From Candidatus Eiseniibacteriota bacterium (GTDB taxonomy: Bacteria; Eisenbacteria; RBG-16-71-46): a stretch of 64,000 bases of DNA. Below the pieces are notes generated by a model that made no database searches, was not told the origin of the DNA, and saw only the letters and a program-made list of their open reading frames with translations. Position 1 is the stretch's first letter. Each line of letters opens with the position of its first letter. The stretch spans positions 96,001-160,000 of the forward strand of contig CAVZLN010000003.1 of NCBI GenBank assembly GCA_963776245.1, read 5' to 3'. The position numbers and the translations under genes are program-made. Below, piece by piece: positions 42,262-52,149 of the stretch.

Positions 42262-42912
42262 TCAGCGCGCACCGAGGCGGCCGATCAGCGCGTGCACCGC
42301 GCGCGCGCGGTGCGAGAGGGCGTTCTTCTCCGCGGGCGGCATCTCGGCCAGCGTGCGCCCGCTGCCCGCGACCTCGAACACCGGGTCGTAGCCGAAGCCC
42401 CCGGCGCCGCGCGGGGCCCCGGTGATGGCGCCTTCGAGCACGCCCTCGCACGTCAGCTCACGGCCGTCCGGGAAGCACACCGCGCACGCGGTCCGGAAGC
42501 GCGCCGTGCGCTGGGCCGGCGCGACGCCCTCGAGCACCTCGAGCAGCCGCCTCACGTTGTCCCGGTAGGAGGCGTCGGGCCCCGCGAAGCGCGCGGTGTA
42601 CACGCCCGGGCGCCCGCCGAGGGCGTCCACCTCGAGCCCGGTGTCGTCGGCGATCGCGGCCAGTCCGGTGTGCTTCAGCGCCGCGCGCGCCTTGGCCAGA
42701 GCGTTCTCCTCCAGCGTCCGGCCGACCTCCGCCGCCGCGCTCGAGCCGGGGAAGTCGCGCAGGCAGGTGAAGCTCGCCCATTCGAGGTCGAGGAGCTCCA
42801 CCAGCTCGCGGGCCTTGTCGGGATTGAACGTGGCGATGACGAAGCGCACCGGGGCCCCGGTGGGGCGCGCCGCGGGGGCCGCGGCCGGACCGGCGTCGCG
42901 TCCGCGCGTCAC
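42262..42912 (-). CDS. rdgB: Non-canonical purine NTP pyrophosphatase RdgB/HAM1
   Basis: IATFNPDK, ENALAKA, ADDTGL, GFGYDPVF, KNALSHR. Confidence 0.95.
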   Translation of the reverse strand: MTRGRDAGPAAAPAARPTGAPVRFVIATFNPDKARELVELLDLEWASFTCLRDFPGSSAAAEVGRTLEENALAKARAALKHTGLAAIADDTGLEVDALGGRPGVYTARFAGPDASYRDNVRRLLEVLEGVAPAQRTARFRTACAVCFPDGRELTCEGVLEGAITGAPRGAGGFGYDPVFEVAGSGRTLAEMPPAEKNALSHRARAVHALIGRLGAR

Positions 42913-45290
42913 GAAGCGCGCTCGCTCGCGCGGGCGTCGAGCCGCTCGCGCACCAGCCGCGCCAGCGCGTCGGCGCTGAAGGGCTTCTCCAGGAACGTGA
43001 CGCCCGGGAGCGTGCCGAGGCGCCGCGCCACCGCCTCGTCGGCATGGCCCGAGATCCACACCACCGGCAGGTCCGGCATGCGCGCCCGCACCCGCTCGGT
43101 CAGCTCGAGGCCGCTGCGGCCCGGCATGACCACATCGGTGATGAGCAGCGCGGGCGGCGTTCCCTCGCGATCGAGGCCGGCGAGCGCCTCGTCCGCGGAC
43201 GCGGCGGAGCACACGCGGTAGCCGAGCGCTTCGAGCGCCCGCACCATCAGCTGCCGCACCACCTCCTCGTCCTCCACCACCAGCAGGGTCTCGCTGCCGC
43301 CCACCACGGGGAGCGGAACGCGTTCCGCGGGCGCGGCAGCGGCGGCCGCCGCGGCCCCGGGCGCCGCCGCGGGCGCGGGCGGGAACCACAGCGTGAACAC
43401 CGCGCCCTTCCCGGCCGCGCTCTCCACATGGATGTTCCCGCCGCAGCGCGCCATCGTGGCGTACGCCAGCGCGAGCCCGAGCCCGAGCCCCATGCCGCGG
43501 TCCTTGGTGGTGAAGAAGGGCTCGAACGCCCGCGCCCGCACCGCTTCCGACATCCCCACGCCGGTGTCGCTCACGCGCACCCGGAGGTACGGTCCGGGCT
43601 CGAGGTTCACGGGCCGCGCGGCGGAGTCCTCCGCGAGCACCACGGTCGCGGTCTCGATCGTGAGCGTGCCGCGCCGGGACATCGCGTCGCGCGCGTTCAT
43701 GGCCAGATTGGTGATCAGTTGCTCGAGCCCGGCACGGTCGCCGCGCACCCACGCCTCGGGGGCCTCGCGCCGCTGCACCACCACGACCGCCTCGCCGAGC
43801 GCCGCGCGCAGCATTGGCAGCACCTCGTCGAGCACGGCATGCAGATCGACCGAGGTCATCTCGATGGGCTGCTTGCGGCCGAAGGCGAGCAGCACGCGCG
43901 TCAGGTCCGCGGCGCGCCGGCCCGCGGCCTGGATCTCCGTCGCGCTCTCGTGGCCCGCGGCCCCCGGGGGCAGGGCGTCCACCAGCAACTGGGAGTGGCC
44001 GAGGATGGCGGTGAGCAGGTTGTTGAAGTCGTGCGCCACGCCACCCGCCACCCGCCCGGCGACGTCCATCTTCTGCGCGTGGGCCAGCTCCTCCTCCTGC
44101 GCCCGCAGGCGCTCCTGGGCGCGGCGACGCTCGGTGATGTCCCGGAATGAGAGCACCCGGCCCACCGGGCGGCCGTCGATGCGCTGCGGCACCGAGTGGC
44201 ACTCCAGTTCGCGGTCGTCGCGGAGCCGGATGAGGCCGAAGTGCTCGGCGTCGGGGCGCAGCGCCATCCCGAGCGAGTCCTCGACGAACGCCTGCGGGTC
44301 GTGGACCTGGGCGCTCAGGACCTGGCGCAGCTGGTCGATCCCGGCGTTCGCGAGCCGCTCGGGGTCGAGCCCCCAGATCTCGGTCATGCGGCGGTTGAAG
44401 GCCGTGACGCGCCCGGTCTCGTCCACCACCAGGATGCCGGCGGGGGTGGCTTCGAGCGTGGCCTCGAGGCGGGCCACGGTGCGCCGCAGCTCCTCCTCGC
44501 CCTCGCGGCGCGCGGTGATGTCCTCGGTGATGCCGGCGATCCGCGCCCACCTGCCCTCCGGCCCCGGCACCGGGAAGCCTCGGGTGCGCACCCAGCGCAT
44601 CGAGCCATCGGGATGGAGGATGCGGTACTCGCACTCGGTGCCCTCGGCGGCCTCGGGCCGGCCGGCGATCTGCCGCACGCGTTCGCGGTCATCGGGGTGG
44701 ACGCTGTCGAAGTACACGCCGATGTCGGCGTAGAGGCTCTGCCGCGTGATGCCGAACAGCGGCTCGAACGCCGGGCTGGCGTAGAGCATCCGCGGTCCGC
44801 GCGTCTCGTACATCCAGAACACCTCCTGGATGTTCTCGGTGATCTGGCGGAAGCGCTGCTCGGACTCGGCGAGGCGGGCCTCGTAACGCGCGCGCGCGGT
44901 GACATCGGTGGCCACCCCGACCAATCCCGCGAGCTCCCCCCCGGGATCGCGCACCGCCTCGTAGCGGGTCTCGAACACCCGTCCCGAGACCTCGACGGTG
45001 GCGCTGAAGCTCTCGCCGCCGAGCGCGCGCCGCACGTGGCGGAGGATCTCCGGGACCTCGCGGTAGACCTCGGCCACCGGCCGGCCCACCACCTCCCCGG
45101 GCTTCAGCCCGAGCACCGCGAGCCCGCGTCCCTCGGAGAGCGTGAAGACCTCGTCGCGGCCGATCGCGAACAGCACGACCGGCACGTGGTCGAGCACCGT
45201 GCGCAGGTGGAGCGCGGCGTCGTCGGACAGGCGAGCGGCCTCGTCGACCGGCGCCGGCGCGCCCGACCCTCCGCGGCTCCGCTTGCTCAC
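42909..45290 (-). CDS. PAS-domain hybrid sensor histidine kinase/receiver (start uncertain)
   Basis: Three PAS-like domains, AHDFNNLL, NLAMNARDAM, DTGVGM, FEPFFTTK; receiver LVVEDE/TDVVMP. Confidence 0.92.
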   Translation of the reverse strand: MSKRSRGGSGAPAPVDEAARLSDDAALHLRTVLDHVPVVLFAIGRDEVFTLSEGRGLAVLGLKPGEVVGRPVAEVYREVPEILRHVRRALGGESFSATVEVSGRVFETRYEAVRDPGGELAGLVGVATDVTARARYEARLAESEQRFRQITENIQEVFWMYETRGPRMLYASPAFEPLFGITRQSLYADIGVYFDSVHPDDRERVRQIAGRPEAAEGTECEYRILHPDGSMRWVRTRGFPVPGPEGRWARIAGITEDITARREGEEELRRTVARLEATLEATPAGILVVDETGRVTAFNRRMTEIWGLDPERLANAGIDQLRQVLSAQVHDPQAFVEDSLGMALRPDAEHFGLIRLRDDRELECHSVPQRIDGRPVGRVLSFRDITERRRAQERLRAQEEELAHAQKMDVAGRVAGGVAHDFNNLLTAILGHSQLLVDALPPGAAGHESATEIQAAGRRAADLTRVLLAFGRKQPIEMTSVDLHAVLDEVLPMLRAALGEAVVVVQRREAPEAWVRGDRAGLEQLITNLAMNARDAMSRRGTLTIETATVVLAEDSAARPVNLEPGPYLRVRVSDTGVGMSEAVRARAFEPFFTTKDRGMGLGLGLALAYATMARCGGNIHVESAAGKGAVFTLWFPPAPAAAPGAAAAAAAAPAERVPLPVVGGSETLLVVEDEEVVRQLMVRALEALGYRVCSAASADEALAGLDREGTPPALLITDVVMPGRSGLELTERVRARMPDLPVVWISGHADEAVARRLGTLPGVTFLEKPFSADALARLVRERLDARASERAS

Positions 45291-45483
45291 GGGCGCTCCG
45301 CCGCGCGCGCGCGGCGGACGATCGGGTGGAGCGCGCCCGCGACCGACGCGCGGGGCGTCGTGCCAGAACACGGGATCGAGGAGCGATGGTCCATGACGTC
45401 CTTCCGGGGAGGGACAGAGACGGCGGACACGCGCGCGATTGTGGCGCGTGGGCGGTCGCGCCGCAAGCCGGGCCGGGGCCCCT

Positions 45484-45588
45484 GCCCGTCGGCAACGCGG
45501 TCGGGGCGGGCGGGGCCCGAAGGGGTGCGTGTGGGTATTAGCACCCCGTAGGGCCTCGCCCGCCCCGACCGCGTTGCCGCGACGAGGC
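45484..45588 (+). repeat. Intergenic long hairpin element, copy 2
   Basis: 29-bp stem (45490-45518 / 45551-45579, one G.T), 3x3 loop, same apex as 2126-2153. Confidence 0.88.
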
Positions 45589-45589
45589 G

Positions 45590-46378
45590 TCAGCCCGCCA
45601 GCAGGCCCGAGCTTCCCAGCAGCCGGTGCTGCGCGGCGGTGATGCGGCGCACGCCGGCGCGCGCCAGCGCCAGCATCACGCGCAGGTCCGCGGCGCCGAA
45701 GTCGCTGCTCTCGCCGCTGCCCTGGAGCTCCACGAAGCGCCCGGCGCCGGTCATCACCACGTTCATGTCCACCTGGGCCTTCGAGTCCTCGGCGTAGCAC
45801 AGGTCGAGGCACGGCGTGCCCGCCACCAGTCCCACCGAGACCGCCGCCACCGTGCTGCGAAGCGGCGGACGCGCCAGCGCGCTGCGGTTCGAGAGCGTCA
45901 CGAAGGCGTCGTGGAGCGCCACCAGCGCTCCGTTGATGGCCGCGGTGCGGGTGCCGCCGTCGGCCTCGATCACGTCGCAGTCGAGGATGATCTGGCGCTC
46001 GCCGAACGCCCCGAGGTCGGTGATCGCGCGCAGCGAACGCCCGATCAGGCGCTGGATCTCCTGCGCGCGGCCGCCGGTCTGCGCGGTGCGCGAGGTGCGC
46101 TCGCCGGTGGCGCGCGGGAGCATGGCGTACTCCGCGGTCACCCAGCCGCCGCCGCGATGGCGCAGCCAGTTGGGCACCCGGTCCTCCACCGTCGCGGTGC
46201 ACAGCACGCGCGTGCGTCCCAGGCTCACCATCGCCGAGCCTTCGGCGTGCGGGATGACGCCGCGCTCGACCTTGAACGCGCGCATCTGGCGCGGCGTGCG
46301 TCCGTCCGGGCGCTGGAAGACGGCGGCGGGGGCCGGAGCGGCGTCGCGCTCGCGGATGGCCTTGGGGCTTCGGGTCAC
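45590..46378 (-). CDS. rph: Ribonuclease PH
   Basis: AEGS, GWVTAEYAMLP, EIQRLIGRSLR, ADGGTRTA, DLCYAEDS..VDMN. Confidence 0.96.
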   Translation of the reverse strand: MTRSPKAIRERDAAPAPAAVFQRPDGRTPRQMRAFKVERGVIPHAEGSAMVSLGRTRVLCTATVEDRVPNWLRHRGGGWVTAEYAMLPRATGERTSRTAQTGGRAQEIQRLIGRSLRAITDLGAFGERQIILDCDVIEADGGTRTAAINGALVALHDAFVTLSNRSALARPPLRSTVAAVSVGLVAGTPCLDLCYAEDSKAQVDMNVVMTGAGRFVELQGSGESSDFGAADLRVMLALARAGVRRITAAQHRLLGSSGLLAG

Positions 46379-46398
46379 GTCGTCTCCGCGGGCGGGGG

Positions 46399-47244
46399 TC
46401 AGGCGAGTGGCGGGCGCTCGAACCACGGCAGATCGGTCTGATCGATCACGGTGACCGCCGGCAGTTCGTGGCCGAGGAAGGTCTGGGCGATGCGCGAGAA
46501 CGAGCGGCGGCGCGGCTCGTCGCTCAGGTAGACATGGTGCACGGGCGGGCCCGCGGCCAGCTGGCCGCGGGCGGCGAGCAGGGCGGCGGTGGCGCGCGCG
46601 GCCTCGGCGCCCGAGTCGATCAGGCGCACCCCGGGGCCCATCAGGTCGCGCAGCAGGGGCGCGATGAGCGGGTAGTGGGTGCAGCCCAGGATGAGGCTCT
46701 CGAGATCGGCCTGGCGCAGCTCGGTGAGGTACTCCTCGGCCACCTGGCGCGTCACCGCGTGATCGAGCCAGCCCTCCTCGACCAGCGGCACGAACAGCGG
46801 ACAGGCGCGCTGGATGATGCTGGCGCCCGGCAAGCGCGCCTCGACCAGGTGCGAGTACGCGCTGCTCCCCACGGTGGCGAGCGTGCCGATGACGCCGATG
46901 CGTCCGTGCGGGCTGGCCGCGAGCGCGGCGCGCACCGCCGGCTCGATCACCCCCACCACCGGGATCTCGAAGCGGCGCTGGAGCGCGTCGAGCGCGTGCG
47001 CCGAGGCCGAATTGCACGCCACCACCAGGCACTTGATGTTCTGGCGCACCAGGAAGGTGGCGATCTCGAGACTGAAGCGCGTCACCGTCTCCTTCGACTT
47101 GTTGCCGTACGGCACCCGCGCGGTGTCGCCGAAGTACACGATGGATTCGCCGGGCAGCGCGCGATAGAGCTCGCGCACCGCGGTCAGGCCGCCGATGCCG
47201 GAGTCGAACACCCCGATGGGCCGGGGATCGTGGGTCGCGGGCAT
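46399..47244 (-). CDS. murI: Glutamate racemase
   Basis: FDSGIGGLT, PYG, ACNS, LGCTHYP. Confidence 0.96.
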   Translation of the reverse strand: MPATHDPRPIGVFDSGIGGLTAVRELYRALPGESIVYFGDTARVPYGNKSKETVTRFSLEIATFLVRQNIKCLVVACNSASAHALDALQRRFEIPVVGVIEPAVRAALAASPHGRIGVIGTLATVGSSAYSHLVEARLPGASIIQRACPLFVPLVEEGWLDHAVTRQVAEEYLTELRQADLESLILGCTHYPLIAPLLRDLMGPGVRLIDSGAEAARATAALLAARGQLAAGPPVHHVYLSDEPRRRSFSRIAQTFLGHELPAVTVIDQTDLPWFERPPLA

Positions 47245-47246
47245 GG

Positions 47247-47786
47247 TCAGGGCAGCTCGCCGACGTCGATCGGCTGGTCGAGCGGCAGGTGGCCGCCGAG
47301 CGTGGTGAGCGGCGCGCCGCCGCAGACGATGAGCACCTGCTTCACCTCCGGTTCGTTGGCCCCCAGCGTGCGCACCAGCGACGCGACGGCCAGGTACTCG
47401 GCCGCCGAGCCGCCATGGAAGTCCTGCAGGAACGCACGCGACAGGTCGAGCGTGAGCAGCCCGTCGTCACCGAGATACGCGTGCAGCACCCCGGTGCCCG
47501 CCGGCAACGCCGCCACCCCGCCACCCCGCGGCCCGAGATCGAGCTCGGCCACCAGCTCCGCGATCCGTTCGTGGAGCGTGGCGCGCTCGGGCAGATCGCG
47601 GGTCTCGGACACCAGGCTGTCGCCGCTCGCGGCCGCGAAGTACAGCCGCGCCGCGCGGAATCCGGTGGACGTGGTGTCGGCGGACGGGGACGCGCCGCGT
47701 TCGTCGGCCGGCGCGCCGTGCCACACGCGCGACGCCACGAACCCTAGCACGGCCAGGATGAGCGCCACAAAGAATCCGCGTCGCAT
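47247..47786 (-). CDS. GerMN-domain protein
   Basis: N-terminal TM; RLYF..LVSETR, L..GP, DLS..F..GGSAAE, TLGGH. Confidence 0.85.
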   Translation of the reverse strand: MRRGFFVALILAVLGFVASRVWHGAPADERGASPSADTTSTGFRAARLYFAAASGDSLVSETRDLPERATLHERIAELVAELDLGPRGGGVAALPAGTGVLHAYLGDDGLLTLDLSRAFLQDFHGGSAAEYLAVASLVRTLGANEPEVKQVLIVCGGAPLTTLGGHLPLDQPIDVGELP

Positions 47787-47794
47787 CGGCCCCC

Positions 47795-49276
47795 TCACTC
47801 GTTGCGCTGCCACGCCGCCACGCCCTCGGCGATGGCGGTCGCCAGCGATGCGATGCCGGCGGGCGCGGCGAGACGCGCGCGATCGGCCTCGGAGGTGAGC
47901 GTGGCACACTCGAGCGCGATGCCCGGGGCGTTCACCCCCAGCAGGTGGAGCGGCAGGATCTCGCGCAGGCGCACCGGCCCCCAGCCGCGCCCCGCGAGCG
48001 ACTCGAGCACGGCATCGGCGAGCGCCCGGCTGTCGACCGCGTGGCGCAGCGCCACGTCGCGCCACGGGACCACCTCGAGCACCGCGAAGCCGGCGGCCCC
48101 GGCGCCCGCCCGCTGGGGTGCCAGGGTGGCGGGCGGACAGTAGGCGGTGGCGCCGCGCCCCGCCGGCGCCGGGTTGCCGTCCATGTGCAGCACCAGCACC
48201 AGGTCGGAGTGCGCACGGTTGGCGGCCTCGGCGCGCGCCTCGGTGGAGATGGCGCGGTCGTCGGTGCGGGTCAGCAGCACGCGCGCGCCGAGGCGGCGCT
48301 CGAGCTCCGGCCGCAGGGCCAGCGCGAGCGCCAGGGTGAGGTCCTTCTCGGCCAGACCGCCGGCCTGCACGCCGCTCTCGGCGCCGCCGTGCGCGGGATC
48401 GAGCATCACCACGCGCACCGCGCGCGGGCCCGCCGGTCCCTCGGCCGCGAACGACTCGAGCCCGGCCAGCGGCACGCGCGCGAATTCGAGCGTGAGGCGG
48501 CGGGCCACCGAGTCCGCGATCACGCGGAAGCCCGAGGTGCCGGGCCGCAGCCGGAACTCGAACAGCGTGCCGGTGGCGCTCGTTCCGGGCGTCACCCGGG
48601 TCACCAGCGCCGCGGGCGGCAGCGGCTCGGTGAGCACGCCGACGAAGGAGCCCGGCAGCCGCACGCGGAAGCGCGCGCGCGCCCGGCCGGTCACCTGGAC
48701 CCGCGCGGGATGCTCGCACGCGATGGTCACACGGGTGATCTCGCCCGCGGCGGTCACGCGCGGCGCGCCGACCAGTCCGTCGGGGGGCACCACCACGACC
48801 AGCGCGCGGCCCGGCTCGACCACCAGCCGCGCCAGCGCGCCGTCGCGCGGGAGCGCGTCGATCAGTTCCGCCGGCACGAACAGCTCCCCCCCGAGCACGC
48901 GCGCCGGCGCACGCAGCCGGACGGTGTGGTCGTCCACCAGCACGAACGGATTGTCGACCGTCAGGACGATGCGATGCGCGCCCGCGCGCAGCACCAGCCG
49001 GCGGACGTCGGAGCGCCAGAAGCGCGTGGCCGACAGCAGGCGCGCGAGATCGCCGGCGCCGAGATACGAGCCGCCCTCGATGGTGCGCAGCGGGGCGCTC
49101 TCGGGCGGCGCGGCCGACTCCATGCGCGCGGTCGCGCCGCGGTCCGCCGGACGCGCGGGCGGCGTCGCGGCCCGGGCGCCGAGCGCGGAGGCCACCAGCA
49201 GCGCGACCGACCACGCCAGCGCGCGGCGGGCGCGGCCGGCGCCGGCGGGCCGCCCGGCGATCGAGCGCGCGCTCAC
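47795..49276 (-). CDS. N-acetylmuramoyl-L-alanine amidase (AmiC-like)
   Basis: LDPAHGG, EKDLTL, LTRTDD, LHMD, IALEC. Confidence 0.88.
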   Translation of the reverse strand: MSARSIAGRPAGAGRARRALAWSVALLVASALGARAATPPARPADRGATARMESAAPPESAPLRTIEGGSYLGAGDLARLLSATRFWRSDVRRLVLRAGAHRIVLTVDNPFVLVDDHTVRLRAPARVLGGELFVPAELIDALPRDGALARLVVEPGRALVVVVPPDGLVGAPRVTAAGEITRVTIACEHPARVQVTGRARARFRVRLPGSFVGVLTEPLPPAALVTRVTPGTSATGTLFEFRLRPGTSGFRVIADSVARRLTLEFARVPLAGLESFAAEGPAGPRAVRVVMLDPAHGGAESGVQAGGLAEKDLTLALALALRPELERRLGARVLLTRTDDRAISTEARAEAANRAHSDLVLVLHMDGNPAPAGRGATAYCPPATLAPQRAGAGAAGFAVLEVVPWRDVALRHAVDSRALADAVLESLAGRGWGPVRLREILPLHLLGVNAPGIALECATLTSEADRARLAAPAGIASLATAIAEGVAAWQRNE

Positions 49277-49752
49277 CGGTCGCGCCCGGTCGCGCGGCGG
49301 GCGCGGTCCATCTCGCGGCGGGCGTCCTTCTCGGCCAGGGCGTGGCGCTTGTCGTGGGTCTTCTTGCCCTTGGCCACGCCGATGAGGAGCTTGGCGCGCC
49401 CGCCCGAGAAGTAGAGCCGCAGCGGGATGATGGTCTGCCCCTTCTGCTCGATCGCCTTGGCCATCTTCACGATCTCGGCCTGGTGCAGGAGGAGCTTGCG
49501 GCGGCGCACCGGGTCGAGATTCCAGCGGTTGCCCTGCTCGTAGGGCGGGATGTGCAACTGGAGCACGAACGCCTCGCCGTTCTCGATCGTGGCGTAGGCC
49601 TCCGCCAGGCTCGCCTTGCCCAGCCGCAAGCTCTTGACCTCGACGCCCTTGAGCACCAGCCCGGCCTCGACGGTCTCGAGGATGAAGTAGTCGTGGCTGG
49701 CGCGGCGGTTCTGGGCCACCACGCGCTCATCAGACCGGGTCGGAGCGGGCAT
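49273..49752 (-). CDS. smpB: SsrA-binding protein
   Basis: NRRASHDY, EAGLVLKGVEVKSLR, RKLLLH, KGKKTHDKR. Confidence 0.97.
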   Translation of the reverse strand: MPAPTRSDERVVAQNRRASHDYFILETVEAGLVLKGVEVKSLRLGKASLAEAYATIENGEAFVLQLHIPPYEQGNRWNLDPVRRRKLLLHQAEIVKMAKAIEQKGQTIIPLRLYFSGGRAKLLIGVAKGKKTHDKRHALAEKDARREMDRARRATGRDR

Positions 49753-49821
49753 GGGATAGGGGTGGCCTGGGCGGAGAGGGAGACCTGGAGGCCATCCGTG
49801 GCGCTCGGAGGTCGAAGTCAA

Positions 49822-49908
49822 TGGTGCGGAAGGGGGGATTTGAACCCCCACACCCTTTCGGGCGCTAGAACCTGAATCTAGTGCGTCTGCCAGTTCCGCC
49901 ACTTCCGC
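49822..49908 (-). tRNA. tRNA-Leu(CAG)
   Basis: GCGGAAG..CTAGA-TTCAGGT-TCTAG, long variable arm, ..CTTCCGCACCA; upstream TTGACG-N16-TATAAT. Confidence 0.96.
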
Positions 49909-50055
49909 ACGGCGATGCGGGGGGGATTATAGGCAGTCGTTCCGGGGCGTCAAATCGGCGCTGCGAGGCGCCTGCGCGGGCGCGCCTCGCGCCACCCCGC
50001 GACGGGAGCGCGGGAGCGGCGGGGCCCGCACCCGGCGACCGCGCCGCGTGCCGCC

Positions 50056-51012
50056 CTACTTCTGCTCGTCCACCGTCTTCTGCCGCAGATCGTCCTCGAA
50101 CTCCTTCACCATCTGGCGCATCGCGGGCTTGTCGGTCACGTCCGGCCCGAGCATGAACACGTCGGCGTCCTTGGCCACCACCTTCTGCCGCTTGTCGAGC
50201 GTGACGATGGTGCGCGCGATGTTCTGCCCCTGCTCGCCGCCGTAGACCGCCAGCGTGTTCTTGATGATCCGGCCCTTCTGGATGAGCGGGGTGCGGCGCC
50301 CGACGATGACCACATCGATGCCGTCCACCGCGGCGCACAGGTCCTCGCTCTCGGGCTTGCCGAGGTTCGAGAGCGCGACCACCACGTCGGCGCCCTTCTT
50401 GCGCATCTCGTCCACCATCGCCTTCGCCGCCGCGGTGGGGTCCTGCGCGACCAGCGAGTCGCCGGACGGGCCGAGCCCGGCCTCGTTGCTGATGAGCCCG
50501 AAGAAGCCCACCTTCACGCGTCCCTTCTCGACGATGGTATAGGGGGCGAAGGCGGGCCGGCGGGTCGACTTCTCCACCAGGTTCGCGCACACCAGCGGCA
50601 ACTGGTGGGAGGCGGCGTTCTCGCGCAGGTAGCCGAGGCCGAAGCGCAGGTCGCGGTCGCCCACCCCCACCGCGTCGACCATGAGCAGCTCGTACGCCTC
50701 CATCAGGAAGGGCACCACGGCCTGACGGGTCGCGTCGTCGGGGAAGAAGCCGCCGTTGTCCACCAGGAACATCTGGCCGAACTCCGTGCGGATGCTGTCC
50801 GTGTAGCCGGCGATCCGCGCCAGCCCGCCCTTGGGTATGTGGCAGCCGCACGGCCCGGTCTTGCCCAGCACATCGCTCACCGAACAGATGACCACCTTGT
50901 CCGGTTCGCGGATCGCGGCGTCGCGCCTGGGCGCGGCGGCACCGGTGAGGAGCATCACGGCCGGCAGGCCCATCGCCAGCGAGGCGAGGACACGGAGCAC
51001 GAGGGAACGCAT
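50056..51012 (-). CDS. Exported 5'-nucleotidase/UshA N-terminal-like metallophosphoesterase-fold protein
   Basis: SDVLG..PCGC..GGLAR, VDNG, LVCANL, ADVVVALS, GIDVVIVG. Confidence 0.75.
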   Translation of the reverse strand: MRSLVLRVLASLAMGLPAVMLLTGAAAPRRDAAIREPDKVVICSVSDVLGKTGPCGCHIPKGGLARIAGYTDSIRTEFGQMFLVDNGGFFPDDATRQAVVPFLMEAYELLMVDAVGVGDRDLRFGLGYLRENAASHQLPLVCANLVEKSTRRPAFAPYTIVEKGRVKVGFFGLISNEAGLGPSGDSLVAQDPTAAAKAMVDEMRKKGADVVVALSNLGKPESEDLCAAVDGIDVVIVGRRTPLIQKGRIIKNTLAVYGGEQGQNIARTIVTLDKRQKVVAKDADVFMLGPDVTDKPAMRQMVKEFEDDLRQKTVDEQK

Positions 51013-51166
51013 GAGGGACGACCTCCCGCGGTGGGAAACGCCTGGCCAACACTCGAGCGGCGCGAACCAGCCTAGGGAAGCGCGGCGGCAGCGGTCAAAC
51101 GCGGCGCCCCGGCCGGCACGGCACTGGAACTGGGACACGCCAGGCGGCCGCAGGGTTGCCCGCCGC

Positions 51167-52138
51167 CTACCCGCGCTTGCGCCCCAGCACCCGGTCCGCC
51201 GCCGCCACGATGTCGGAGGCGGTGAGCCCGAACGCCTTCATCAGTTCGGACGGCTTGCCCGACTGTCCGAACCGGTCGTTCACCGCCACGAACTCCATCG
51301 GGACCGGGTGGTGCTGGACCAGCACCTCGGCCACCGCGCCGCCGAGACCGCCGTTGATCTGGTGCTCCTCGGCCGTGACCACCGCGCCGGTCTCGCGCGC
51401 GCAGCGCACCAGCAGCTCGCGGTCGAGCGGCTTGAGGGTGTGCAGGTCCACCACCCGCGCGGCGATCCCGCGCGCGGCCAGCGCCTCGTGCGCGCGCAGC
51501 GCCTCGTACACCATCACCCCGCACGCCACGATCGTGAGGTCGTCGCCGGCCGCGAACACCTCGCCCCGGCCGAACGTGAACGGCGTGTCCTCGGCGGTCA
51601 CCACCGGCACGTCCTCGCGGCCGAAGCGCAGGTACACCGGGCCGGGCACGCTCGCCGCGGCGAGCGTGGCCTTGTAGGACTCCCAGTAGTCGGCCGGCAC
51701 CATCATCTTCAGGTTCGGGATGGAGCGGATGATGCTGATCTCCTCCATCGCCTGGTGGGTGGCCCCGTCGGGGCCCACCGAGATGCCCCCGTGCATCCCG
51801 CAGATCTTCACGTCGAGGTTCGAGTACGCCAGCGTGACGCGGATCTGATCGGCCGCGCGACAGCTGGCGAACGCGCCGTAGGTGGCGAAGAACGGGATCT
51901 TGCCCATCGCGGCCAGTCCGGCCGAGATGTTGCACATGTTCTGCTCGGCGATGCCGACCTCGATGAACCGGTCGGGGAACCGCTCCGCGAAGAAGTGGAC
52001 CATGGTGGACTCGGAGAGGTCGCCCACCAGCACGACGATGCGCGGGTCCTGTTCGCCCAGGCGCACCAGCGCGCGGCCGAAGCCCTCGCGCGTCTTCTTC
52101 ATCTCCACCTTCTCGGGCAGCGTGATGGTCGCGCTCAT
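51167..52138 (-). CDS. Transketolase, C-terminal subunit
   Basis: VGIAEQN, GPDGATHQ, GPVYLRFGR, EEHQINGGLG. Confidence 0.95.
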   Translation of the reverse strand: MSATITLPEKVEMKKTREGFGRALVRLGEQDPRIVVLVGDLSESTMVHFFAERFPDRFIEVGIAEQNMCNISAGLAAMGKIPFFATYGAFASCRAADQIRVTLAYSNLDVKICGMHGGISVGPDGATHQAMEEISIIRSIPNLKMMVPADYWESYKATLAAASVPGPVYLRFGREDVPVVTAEDTPFTFGRGEVFAAGDDLTIVACGVMVYEALRAHEALAARGIAARVVDLHTLKPLDRELLVRCARETGAVVTAEEHQINGGLGGAVAEVLVQHHPVPMEFVAVNDRFGQSGKPSELMKAFGLTASDIVAAADRVLGRKRG

Positions 52139-52149
52139 GGAGTCTCCCC

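Noticed and set aside
50836..50850. Selenoprotein recoding in the UshA-like gene
   Set aside because: Both Cys codons are TGC; no in-frame TGA.
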